Below are positions 1-12,399 of a stretch of DNA of 64,000 nt, one piece after another. Under the pieces are notes generated by a model that was given only the letters and a program-made list of their open reading frames with translations, searched no databases and was not told where the DNA came from. The DNA is from Vicugna vicugna. Lineage: Eukaryota. Within the stretch, counting starts at the first letter, position 1. Each line of letters begins with the position of its first letter. The position numbers and the translations under genes were made by a program. Where the stretch lies: positions 496,001-560,000 of the forward strand of contig MU058824.1 of the NCBI GenBank assembly GCA_013265495.1, given 5' to 3'.

Positions 1-3000
1 GTGTCTAAACATATTCTTTCCCTGCCCTCCCTTGACCTTTCTCCACACTTTATGAAGAGTAATGATTCTAATAAGAACTACAATGTAATATTAAGGAATT
101 TCCACTAAATTTAACTACATTAGGAAAAATTCCATTATAAATCTAGGTTAATTCAAAGGCATTTCTTGAATTCTTTCATGTTCTGACAGTGTTAACATGA
201 GTGAAATTATTTTATTGATCATCTACATAAACCTACCTATCAAAACAAAATGACTTCTAAGTCATGATTAACTTGGCTGCAAAGGAGGATTTTTAAGAAA
301 ATAATTAAAACCAATAGAAAACACACCTTCTAAATAATACACAGAAGCACTACATGATTCACAAAACTGTTCAATATATGTGTATATATTCCTGTGATAA
401 AATCTGGTTATTTCATCAAATTCAGTATGCTGGCCTGAAGTTCCCAGCAGTTTTAAGATTAGATTCTTTTCTTTTGTGAATATGTATATAAAATGTAATA
501 AGATTCTGTTTCCACTGCACTTGTGAAGTGTATGTGCTGGATGGGGAGTGAGAAAGACAGAGGAGAGAAGCACTGATTTGCTCTGTATGACCTGATATAA
601 CTTTCTAAATACAAATCAAATTTGTATGCTCATCACCTCTCTTGGAAGGAAGGAATATGTTAAAAATGAAACTAGACACGCAAGAGAGACAGAAGGGAGT
701 TCCTGAGATCAAGCAAGATTGGCAGAGAAGATCTGCTTTAGGAACTCTCAGAATCTGGACAAAAGTAATAGCAAAATCATCACAGCTCTCCCTTGAACTT
801 AATAGGCTTCTTTCATTCTCCTGAGAACATAAAACATCCCATTCTAATTGTTATTTCTATCTGTAAATGAAAAACTATTTTTGTATTTTGATTTCACTCA
901 TGGAAACGTGGCAACATTGCTCCTGAATCTCTGCTGATGTTTCCAAATAATTTATTTAGAATCGGATTGAATTATTAAAAGAAAAAGTATTTTAAGGCAC
1001 TTAACTTCTATGCAAATCAAACACTTTTTTTTTCTGTATAGGTCATCACTACTATTATGAGTAACTAAAGCAAAAATAAGAAAAAAACCACAGAGCACAG
1101 GATAAAAACATGTAGAATGACAAAAGAGTCTATAGCTAGAAGTCCACACATGGAGCAAAACCAATGCCTACCCCAATATTAAAGTCTTATGTAAATTAGT
1201 TGCTTTCTTTTCATTATTCTTCTCTTTCTCATCCTCTCAATTATTTGCTAATAATATTTCTGGACTTAAGGCAACCTAGTAGAAACTCTCACATTTGGTG
1301 AAATACTCAGGCACTGGGTGAGACAGTTAATTTTAACTGCTTAATGCTGGCAATGGATTCAAAGTTAAAGCACAATCTGACCAGCAGATCACACAGAATT
1401 TGAAACTATACACGTTGTTTTAGCTATAACTTAGGTATTTGATTTTATAAATGGAACGACTATCTCAATCAAATCAGCACTAGATACAGAGATTTAATTC
1501 TGTAGTTTCTCCCAATGGCAAGTGATTAATTCTGTAGCTAATTTGGTGTTTCATGAATTGAGAAGTTTGAGAATCAACAGAGATGGAAAACAAATTTCAC
1601 TTCCTCTGCCACAATCTTCATTTCCTTTATATACGTTTCCTCAAATTTTGCCAACATGTTTTTTTTTAAACACTGATCAGCTCCCTAAAGAGAAAGTTAG
1701 TTACCAGCAAAGTGGGTAAACTGCCCTTTTCTATTAATCACCCAATTCCTCTGATGATATATAAACCCAAGTTTGTTGAGCCCAAACTATCCTACTGGTA
1801 GAAACACAAACAATGCAATAGTAAAATGCAAATTAAAGCAAGTATTAGAATACTCAGATAAAACTCAAAATTTTAGTTTGCTATGGAATTGCTGGTGATG
1901 AGCAATTTAAAACTAAGTAACAAAAGAGACTGATGCCAGTGACTCCAGAAAATTCAGCATCTTAACTGTTATAACTTCCATCACAACTGTCAGTGTCTCA
2001 CAGATAATGGCCCCTTAATCTCATGGAAATTATAAAATCTTGTTTCTCTATACATGCACATAAAGTATAAGTTCGCACTAAATGATAAGAACAGCATTCA
2101 CCCTCATCATTACGATGGTGACAATTATACATGAACAAGATGATATAAACAGTAACTACAACTGTCAAAAAGCATTCTTCCCCAATACTCTTCAACCAAG
2201 GTTGAGTGCTAACATTTCCTTCTCCCCAAAACAATACTTTAGATAGTGGTTATACACAAAGTAAAGTAATTATAGTAAATCTAAAATTATAAAACTGTCT
2301 CTAAAAAGATATTTATTCATTGGTATTTCTAAAACATTTATTAATGGTCCACTATGTGCCAAGCACAGCAGGTACAAGGTGCTAGATACTAAGGAGACAA
2401 TAAAAGCAAGATTACCCAGAAATTCTGGATGATGACCTAAATGTTTCTCCTTTTTTAAAAAATTTCCCTGTAAATTACTGGATCATTGGTACTGAAAATA
2501 TGATGTTAAAAATAATCTGGTTTTAAAGACAGGGAGTGGTATAGGAGCCTCTCAGGTAAATGAAAACGGGAAAACTGGGCAGGTGTAACATCTCTCAGAT
2601 TCTGTTCCAATTTGTAATTGGTTTATACCCCACCTTTTCCATAAAGATTTAAGGTGGCTTAAAATATATATAAAATATATATGTAATAAGAAGGCATAAA
2701 TTAAAAAGAGAACTCTGAAACAATAAAGAAAAAACAGGGGCAGCAATTATAAAACAAAGCCAGGAGAGTTCAAAATCTTGGCTTTTGGAAGTTAAAAAAT
2801 TTGGATTTAAGCATTCTAATAGACAAGTAGAGAAACCTTATTAATTATGCCATTCTATACCCGTAAGATTGAAAAAAAAAAAAAGTCAACTGTTATGAAG
2901 TACTATTATGCAGTAAACCAAGAATTTTTTTCTGGGTTTTTCATAAAGATATTATATAATAGAGTCAACAATTATTAATTATGTCCTTAGAAGAGATATA

Positions 3001-3478
3001 ATGACAAGTTTCACGGGGCTGCTTCTTACAGTGTAACTTGATAAAAGTTGATGGCATGATCCCTAATGCAGATTCTTCTGGGAGATAGATCTAACACCCC
3101 TCTGAGAATCAAAATGCCTAAGAAAGAAGCATGCCGGCCTAGGCTACCCCCTGCACCTGGAGATGAGGGAGGAGTACTATGCAGACAAGGATGACATTCT
3201 TCTTAGGAAATATTTTAAAATTTATTTTTTAAAATATGCACAATAGGTACTTGAAGCCTTAAAGTTCCACACTATACAGCATAGCCTCAACTTTTTTTAC
3301 CCTCTAAAACTTGTAGGATATGCATTTCCAGGTACACTCAGGATCCAAGAATTCAGCACACTGGAATAGGAGGTGATCCCTGGAGATTTATATATAATTT
3401 GCAATATGAATACAAGGAGGTGAACTTTAATTAACTGCATTACTATATTATGATCAAGAATAAGACTTAGTAAGTTAC

Positions 3479-3704
3479 CACCAACAGTCATGGATCTGGT
3501 CAAAGAAGGTTGTAATAAAGTTTCTTCATCATTAAATTGTTTCTTAAGTTCTTCTACAGATTCCAGATGGAGTTGGAGAAATTCTGCTGTTGCTGCTGAT
3601 GCTTCTTCTTTAACAGGATCTATCATTCTCTTCAGAAGTCCCAAGTCATCCTTTCGAACCTTCAAACAAAGCTTCTCCATTTCTCGAATATTGGAGCGGA
3701 GTTG
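3479..3704 (-). CDS. STX17: Syntaxin-17 exon 4 (226 nt, phase 0-1)
   Basis: Translates QLRSNIREMEKLCLKVRKDDLGLLKRMIDPVKEEASAATAEFLQLHLESVEELKKQFNDEETLLQPSLTRSMTVG+G. Acceptor ttttttttcttttatag|CAA, donor GGT G|GTAACT. Later exons (SNARE motif, TM hairpin) lie outside the window. Confidence 0.97.
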
Positions 3705-4029
3705 CTATAAAAGAAAAAAAAAATCAGTAAAGCCACAATCTCTTAGTATAAAATATCTTTACTTTCAGGGGTGATTTGTGATAATAGCCTTGAATGGAAA
3801 TGATTACAACTGTTCTCTACAACAGATAGTATGCATAATACTTTTCTATTTTTTTAATATCCCTAACCAAATCCAGCTTCTTCAGAACTCAGTCCCTCAT
3901 ACTTTGAATTTATTTAGCATTCTTTCCTTCATTATATGATGATTACAAAGGTAGAAACGCTTTTTATTATAAATCAAACACTGAAGAAACATATCAAGAA
4001 AACTTAATGATTTCCCCACTCCATCAATC

Positions 4030-4970
4030 CCACCATCTCTCTTAACCCAGTCCTTCCACAAGTTTCTCATTGCTCATACAATCATTAGCATATACAGCCC
4101 TTCTTTTTAAAAAAAAAATGAGTTACATTATGCCCAATAATCTATAATTTATCATTCCACATCCCAACTTTACAATATCATCATGGATATCACTCTGAGT
4201 CAATAATTACACCATATTCCATAGTACTGATGTAATAAAATTTATTCCATCACTCTTCCAGTGATCAGCATTCATGTTGTTTCCAGTTTTTAGTTATTAC
4301 AAACCATGAAACAAATGTACATGACTTTAAATCTTAATATACTGTAACAGTATATTAAGTATTCTGGTATATACTATTATATGATATTTCATAGGAATGA
4401 TTCCCAAAACGGAGAGTACTCAGAGGATAATGCACATTTTTGTTTCAATAGCTATTATCAGTTTTCCCCCAAAAGGCTTAACAATTCACACTGCCACTAA
4501 AGTTTGAGTGCCCATTTCCCTACATAGTGCCAGTACTATGTATTATCTCATTGTTGTTCTACTTCGCATTTTTGAGTGAAGTTGCTGTATTTTTATTACA
4601 TGATTTTCTCTTCTTTGAAAAGTCATCTACTGGCATAATCATAAATTTTTCTCTGATGTATTGATACAAGAAATTATGGGCAAGTTTCATACTATACAGC
4701 CATCTTTATACTTCTGAGATAAAGCCTTTCTGGTCAGTATATGTAATTTTTTAATACACTATTGGATTCAATTTGCTAACATTTTATTTGGAATTTCAGC
4801 ATAGGTATGTATACACATCTGTGTGAGTATGTGTGTGCGCATACATGAACTGTGTGTGTATCTATACTATCTCAATGAGGTTTAACCTCTAACAGGTTTA
4901 AGGTCGGGCTAGCTTCATAAAATAAACTGGGGAGCTTTTCACCTTTTTCAATGGTCTATACTTTGAAGAA
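4030..4970 (-). mobile_element. Ancient L1 (L1ME-like) fragments, minus strand
   Basis: Reverse-strand L1 3'-end and ORF2-like motifs (tgttgtttccagtttttagttattacaaac; ttggattcaatttgctaacattttatt); heavily decayed. Confidence 0.55.
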
Positions 4971-6064
4971 CATGAAAACCTGAATTCTTTGACAGTTTAA
5001 ACAAAATTAGTAATAAAGATCTTTGTATGATGTTTATTTTAAAATTATAGATCTCTATTCATATAATATTTTAAATTATTTTCCTCTAGTGTATCTTCAC
5101 AAACACTAATGTAAATCCTATATAGTAGAGCAAAAAGTACTGATTTCTTTAATTTTTCAAGTGCCTACTCTGTGTAAGGTGTAATATTCCGTATTATTAC
5201 TTTCCACATTATTACATTTAGAGAAATCAAAACAAACAAAACTTGTTCAGGACTTACTTAATTATCTAGCAGCAAAGCTGGAGTTAAAACCCAGCTATTC
5301 TTACAAGTCCAACAATAAACTATAACCATAATTCCTGTCTATATGATACCTTAATACAACCTAAAATATCTATTTTATTCTACTAAATTAAAGCCAATTC
5401 TGAAAAAAATTGTTTAGTACAACCTGAAGCATCTTGTAAGATTTTGGGTGTGAATCAAAAAGTTGTGCCTCCTCCTTTAACCCTATGTCCACTCTTATCC
5501 TTCCAGTGTGAGCTGGGAAACCTAAGGCTAACTGGCCTGTAGATTAAAAATATGTGATACGTAAGCATTAATACATAAAAAAAAATCATAGAACCCTAGG
5601 AGGCCTATGTGATCACTCAATTCAATCTCACAATTTTACAATAAAGAAATTTAACTCCAGCTGAAGGCAGTGGCAGAATCAGGACTACAGCCCAGTTCTC
5701 AAGTCCTGGAACAATATCATTTCCAACATACCATCAACTCTTGGCTGTGTGATTCTTGTCTAAAGTTGTAATGCTTGGTTATACATTTGCTACATAGTTC
5801 ACAGAGATATTTTACCCAACATTATCTTGGAGAAGCATTAAGAAGTCTCTGCAGCCAATGAGTAATTTGCCTGTGACATATTCATCCTCTTATAAATTTG
5901 TACATATGTTAAGTCCCCAAATTATAGTCTGGCTTTAAGAACTCTATTACTATAGGTGAAGAGGAAAGTGCTAAGGGAGAGAAAGAAAATACCCTTTGAA
6001 CTATAAAATCTCACTATACTATACTAACAAAAACACAAATAATGGTTAAATCTTTATCACTACT

Positions 6065-6260
6065 GAAGTCGTACATTGTGCTAAGTGCTTTACTCTCTTC
6101 ATCTTGTTTTACTTTCACAATTTATTTTTGAAATAGATATTATTCTCCTTTTACAGATGAGAAATTAAAGTAAATTAAGAAAACTGCCCAGGATTACACT
6201 TCTAGTAAAAAGTAGAGCCAGAAATCAAATCCAGGCTACAGAGCATGTGTCTCAACTGCT
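6065..6260. mobile_element. MIR SINE remnant
   Basis: tgtgctaagtgctttac...ttttacagatgagaaa...ctgcccaggattacac...agagccagaaatcaaatccagg resembles the MIR core. Confidence 0.65.
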
Positions 6261-6271
6261 TTACCATGTAG

Positions 6272-6578
6272 CTACACTATCCAACAAAAATACAATACAA
6301 GCCACAAGTGTGAGCCATATACGACATAATTGTAAATCTTCTGATAGCCACATTAAAAAAGTAAAAAGAAATAGGTGAATTAGTTTTAATAATATATTTT
6401 ATTTAACCCAATGCATCCCAAGTATTATTCTAACATGTAATCAATATAAAAATTATTAATGAAATATTTTACATGCTTTCATTTGTAGTCAGTCTTAGAA
6501 ATCTGGCACATACTTTACATTCACAGCATATCTCAATTCAAATTAGCCACATTTTAAGTGTTCAACAATGACTGCAGA
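6272..6578. mobile_element. MER33-like hAT-Charlie MITE
   Basis: agccacattaaaaaagtaaaaagaaataggtgaattagttttaataatatattttatttaacccaa...catatctcaattcaaattagccacattttaagtgttcaa matches the recalled MER33 consensus. Confidence 0.75.
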
Positions 6579-6599
6579 TCTCTCTAAAGCCAATATGTG

Positions 6600-9500
6600 A
6601 AGAATATAAAGAATAATATATTCAAAGCATGTCAACCTAAAATTCTATATCCAGCAAAAAATATCCTTCAAGACCAAAGGTAAAATAAAGACATTTCAAA
6701 CAACTAGAAAACTGAGGGAATCTGTCACCAGTAAATACAGAGTAAAAGGAATACTACATGGTATCTCTCAGAAAGAACAATAATTAACCCAATATAAAAT
6801 TGAAGATCAGAAAGAAATGAGAAGCATTAAAAATGGTAAAAATGGGGGTATATCTAGAAGACCAGTAACTATACAAAAACAGTAATAATAATGTCTTGTG
6901 GGTTTAAAACTTATATATAAAATTAAAATATATAAAAATAGCATTTAACTTGGAGGTCACACATAGCACTAAAATATTTCAAGGTACCTGTGGAATCTAT
7001 TATTTTATGGATATATGTTGTAATATCTAGTATAAGACTATGTAATTCCAAAACTAACAGGGGAACAATTGGATTAAAAAAAAAATACAAGATCAGTCCA
7101 AAAGAAAGTGAAAACAGAGATCAAAAGGAACAGAGACAAACACATAATACAGTGGAGAATTTAAACCTAAACAAATCAACAATGACATTAAATATAAAGA
7201 AAATAAAAGATTGTTAGACGATAAAGATCTTCACAGTGGAAAAAATACAAAATTCAAGAAACAGATCCAAGCCACAAATACAGATAGTTTAGAGTAAAAG
7301 GATAAAAAAGATAAACCATGTAAATTTAACCCTCAAAGAAAACCTACTGCAAAAGTACTAATATCATAAAAAATAGACCTTAAAGCTACATTACTAAAAA
7401 TAAAGAAAATCACTTTGTAATATCTTGACCAGAAATATGTAATTCTACAGTTGGGTATACCTAATAATATAGCCACTATATATAATGCAAAAATCGACAC
7501 AAAGAGAAATAAACAAATCCACAGTCGTAACAAAAGCCTTTAACACCTCTTTCAGTAACTGAATAGAACAAATGGACAAAAGGATGCAAGTAAGGTGAAG
7601 AGAAAACAATATTAACACAAACTTGTGCTAGGAACTGTGTAAAACAATTTGAGAATACACACATTAAAAAAACCCGAAGAGACCATTTACAAAAAATGAT
7701 TATATACTGAGTCTTAAAGTAAGATTCAACAAATTAAAAACATTGACATCACACAGACCATATAATCTGATCATAATAAAATTAAACTTGAAATCATTAA
7801 TAAAAATATACCTAGGAACACTGTATGTCTGGAAACAAAGAAAGACACTTCACAATAATCCACAAAGCAAAGACGAAATCACACTGGAAATTAAAAATCC
7901 TTTGAACTAAATTAGAAAAATAATGCATACTAAAACTTATAGGTAGATGAAGCAGTAGTTCGAAATTTATAGCTCTAAATGTATATTTACTAGAAAAGAA
8001 GGAAGGCTGAAAATTAATAAACAGTCATCTCAAGAACTTAGAAAACAAACACCAAGAATAAATACAAAGAAAGTAGAAAGGAGAAAATAATAAAGATGTG
8101 AACATAAATTTCATCAAATAGAAAAAACAAGTATACAATCGGTTAAAAAAATTAAGATTTCAGTGTTGGAAGACTAATAAAATTGGTAAACCTCATTGAG
8201 AGTAGTTTTAAAAAATAGAGAAGGTAAAAATAACCAAAATCAATAATTTTAAAAAGGGGATATCACTACTGATCTTTCAGATATTAAAAAGATAACAAGA
8301 GGATATTATGCACACATTTCTACCAATAAACTAGATAAGTCACATGAAATGGATAAATTCCTAGAAAACTGTAACTTACCAAAACTGACAATAAATAAAT
8401 ATCTGAATAGTCATACTTATTGAAGAAATTAAATGTGTATTTTCAAACTCCTGTGCCTCCCCATACACATACACAAAATCAAAACCAAAATACAAAAACC
8501 AGCACAGAGGGCTTCACTGGCCAATTCTTCCAAAGATTTAAAGGAAATTACACTATTTAAGAGATGGAGAGAACATTCTCTAACTCATTTCATGATAGCA
8601 AATCTTGATACCAAAACTCAACAAGGAGAGTAGGCAAAAGAAAAAAAATCAGATCAGTCTCACACACTTATGAACAAAATGCAAAAATTCTACATAAAAT
8701 GTAAGTAATTTAAATCTAGCATCATATAAAAGTGTAACAAAAATAATAAATTGATAGAACACGTTCATGGATTGGAGGACTCAGTATTGCAAAGATGTCA
8801 CTTTGACAGACATCTATAGATCAATAGATTTAATAAATCTATTTAATATACAGATCCGATATCTATAAATTCAATAAAATCTGAATCTACAGATTTAATC
8901 ATCTAGATTCAATTATCTAGATTCAATAAATTAGAATAAATTTGAAAAAGGTTCTTTGTTTTATATTGGTGGAATGTGACAATCTGATTCTAAAATGTAT
9001 ATGAAAATACATATAAAGGACTGAAACTAACTTTTGAAGAAAAAGATAATAGAACTTCTATTAGATATTGACTGATTATAAAGCCATAGTAATTAAGACA
9101 GTGTGGTATCAGTGAAAGAATAGACAAATACAGCAATGAAACAGCCCCGAAACAGCCCCTAAGCAACCCAAACATGTATGTACTGGATTTATGACAAAAG
9201 TGGCAGTACTAGGAAAGATGATTTTTTTCAAAACATGGTGTTTGATTATTTGATTATCCAGATGGAAAAAAAAAAAACAACTATATACATCATCTCACAC
9301 CATACACAATAATCAACCAGATGAATGGTAGACCTAAACGTGAAAAATGAAACAACAGAAGAATATCTGCATAATGTTGAGGTACAAAAGAACTTTTAAA
9401 TGTTGCATAAAAGCGTCAACCATGAAAGACTGATAACCTCAACTGTATTACATTAAATGAACTGCCAGTCATCAAGGGATACAACTAAGATAGTGAAGAG

Positions 9501-10430
9501 GTTAACCACGAGTGTTAGAAGATAACTGCAACACAAACACTGATAAAGGGGTCATCAGCAGAATAAAGACCTAAGATCACAAGAGCATAAGAAAAAGACA
9601 AACAAGCTGTAGAAATATGGGCAGATACTCTAAATGGCACTTTTCACAGAGGTACTCAATCTCACTAATAATCAGGTAAATGTAAATTAAATGATAATTA
9701 GTTACCCGTCAGAACAGCTAAAATTAAAGTCTGACTTCACTAAATATTGGTGAAGATGTGGCACCCACAGGAACCTGTATTTACTGCTGGAAGGAGTGTA
9801 AAACTAGTACAATTACTTTGGAAGATAGTTTGACATTATCTACTAAAGTTGAAAATAAAGATGCCCGATGAACCAGCAATTCCTGTCCTAGGAATATACT
9901 CAACAGAAAAGTAAACAGTAAAGATATTCAAGAATGTTAATCGCAACTGTAACAGAAACCAAGACACCTCAAACATACATCAACAATAGAATGGATACAC
10001 TACAGTAAACTCATACGATGGAATATATACAACAATGAAAATGAATGAACAAATGCTATAGGAAACAGCATAGGTATATCTCAAGCCAAATACAAAAGCT
10101 ATCTTCTATTTAATTCAATTTATATAATGTTCAAAACCAGACTAAATAAACTATAGTCTCAATGACACATGCTGGCGGTAAAACCAAACAGAAGAGACAA
10201 GTAGTAGTTACCATATAAATCAAGACAGTGATTACTTTTGTTGGGGGGAAGGAGTTTGTAAGTGGGAAGAAGCTATGAGGAACTACTAGGATGCTGGTAA
10301 TTGTCTATTTCTTGATCTGTGTAGTGGTTCCATGAATGTTCATGGTATAATTTGTTTAGGTGTATATTTATGCTTAATGCATTTTACACCATGTATGTTA
10401 CATTTCACAGTAAAAAGTTTTAATAATATT
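6600..10430 (+). mobile_element. Ancient fragmented L1 (ORF1 end, ORF2 pieces, 3' UTR; L1M/L1ME-type)
   Basis: A-rich plus strand with L1 hallmarks in order: aattctatatccagcaaaaatatccttcaag, gaaatggataaattcctagaaa, aaagccatagtaattaagacagtgtggtat, ccagcaattcctgtcctaggaatatact. No intact ORF. Confidence 0.85.
8811..8935. repeat. Degenerate minisatellite (atcta(t/c)agatt(c/t)aat-like units) inside L1 ORF2
   Basis: Several imperfect copies: atctatagatcaatagatttaat, atctataaattcaat, atctacagatttaat, atctagattcaatt, atctagattcaat. Confidence 0.65.
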
Positions 10431-10459
10431 TTTAGAAAAGAATAGTATACTCTCCACAA

Positions 10460-11230
10460 AGTGGCAAAGCAGTGGTCCAACGACAACAGAGATCTCCAAC
10501 TGTCAAGAAACCAGCTAGAACTCTTCCAGAGGAAAGCAAAACAAGTCACTACCGTATGAAATATTTCATCTTTCATTAGCTGGAACAACTAACGAAAGGA
10601 ACTACTTTCTGGAATTTATTCTGACATACGAGCACAAAACAGTAACGTGGAAATGAAACCCACGAGAAAGCAATCTTGGAGTTCATAACAGTTACAAAAA
10701 GGAATACTGGAGATAGTGACACTTCAGGGATGCGAGCTGAGTTTAGAGACAATACTTGTATGATGCCATAGCAGGGACTGTATTGTTAGGAAGATCCTTT
10801 TCAAACAGAGTTTCTAAAAAAGTAAAAATTCTGACACTATAAAAAAAGTTAATCTGATAAGAAAGAAAACTGCCTTCTTAAAAATCTAATATGATGTGTA
10901 AGGTCTGCTGTAAGTTCAGAGACTTGTTTTTTTTTTTTTTTTTTTTAAAAAGGAATGGAAAGAAAGGCGTGTGAACAAGGATGAATACAAAACAGTGATG
11001 TGAAACAAGGAGAACCATGTAAGTAAAGTAAAAGCCCAGAATGAGCGGAGGCTGGCGAAAAATGTTAAGAACAATAAAAAGGATTTAAAAAATATACGTA
11101 GAGCAAGAAGAACAAGAAAGAAGATTTAGGCCTACTGCTCAGGGCAGATGGTATAATGTTAACAGATGATACAGAGAAAGCAGGACTACTTAACTACTAT
11201 TCTGCTTTTGATTCTCTATTAAGGAGAAAT
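10460..11230 (+). mobile_element. CR1/L3 LINE remnant (ORF2)
   Basis: From 11031 translates KAQNERRLAKNVKNNKK, then after a frameshift GLLLRADGIMLTDDTEKAGLLNYYSAF, matching the CR1 ORF2 segment KAQxELxLAxxVKxNKKxF...GxxLTDDxEKAELLNxYFASVF. Confidence 0.8.
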
Positions 11231-11447
11231 AGTCAAAATCGAAAGCAGAATAAGAAACACGTACAAAGGAGACCTGAAACATCTTACTGTAAGGATCTAG
11301 ACAGGACTCATGAAGTAGGTGAGACCTGAGCCAACCCTGAAGGATAATATTGAAAAAACAGAACATACTAAATATGCTAGTATAAATACTAAGAAGAGAT
11401 TGGGAAAAGACAGAGGTGGAGTAGAAAGGTAGAAGCTTTTCTAAATA

Positions 11448-11625
11448 CTGTATTTCATCAGTTTTAGGGTACAACATCTTTCCAACATTTTAACATCTCT
11501 GAAATTGGAATGTCTTAAAATAGATGGTTTTAAAAAAGCATTATTTAACTGGCAGCATTTTTGTCTCTTAGAGGTACACAAAATAATGGTATGTCTTATA
11601 AATGATGGTGTCTCAGATTTAATTT
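11448..11625. mobile_element. MER104-like TcMar-Tc2 MITE
   Basis: ctgtatttcatcagttttag...acattttaacatctctgaaattggaatgtctta...gatggtgtctcagatttaat resembles the recalled MER104 consensus. Confidence 0.6.
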
Positions 11626-12399
11626 CCTCCCTGAGGTTCTACAGTACCTATGCCAACTAGAGTAGAGGCATAGGTACTATATCTATTTAAAAAAAAAAAC
11701 TTAAATCCTGATTTATCAGCTCATGAATATTTCAAGGCAAAATTTAAGTTTAAATTCCTCTAAAGTCATAACAACCTAAAACCATTTACCTTCTAATTGC
11801 ATTCATTTTGGAATCTACTCTCCTAACTCCTCTTCCATTCTCTACCTGGCCTTGCTTCTGTCTAATCTTTTTCTCCTAACTTCTATTATCTTCACTTCTC
11901 TCTCTTCTCTTCATGCCCTCTTTTCTATTGCTTCTCCCTTTAAATTTTTCTTTAAAAAAATTAAAAAGTAGATAGCTCAAGTATTCTATTATTTCTTCTA
12001 GTAAAATCATGAAAGTCATATTTTACTTCTACAAAGTTCATGTCTGATTTTTCTTTATTTGTATTTATGCTACCTATGGAACCAGAACAGACTCTCTGTA
12101 CAGTAGTATCTTTCCAAATGTGGCCTGAAATCTACTGAATCAGAATCTTTCAGGTGAGTCCCAGAAATCTGTGACTCAACAAGCTCTGTGTCACCACTGC
12201 TATGGAGACTAGGCTGACCAAGTTTCTATAAAAGCCACGTTAATGTTCTGCAGTGAATTATTACAATAGTAACAATTTCAGCTTTTTCATTTAGTTTCAA
12301 AATTTGATCACAAAATCTTTCTTAATGCTAATGTTTTCTTATCCCAGAGAAGAAAACTGTTAAACCTATACTACTCACAGTTTCAAAATACAATAATGG

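Noticed and set aside
3297..3478. C-terminal extension of the 127-aa ORF (NLLSLILDHNIV...)
   Set aside because: Read-through past the exon 4 donor into intron; not STX17-like, and nothing supports intron retention.
1..3478. Link to the horse Grey 4.6-kb STX17 duplication (melanocyte enhancer)
   Set aside because: That element is in intron 6. This window reaches only intron 4, and I saw no kb-scale duplication.
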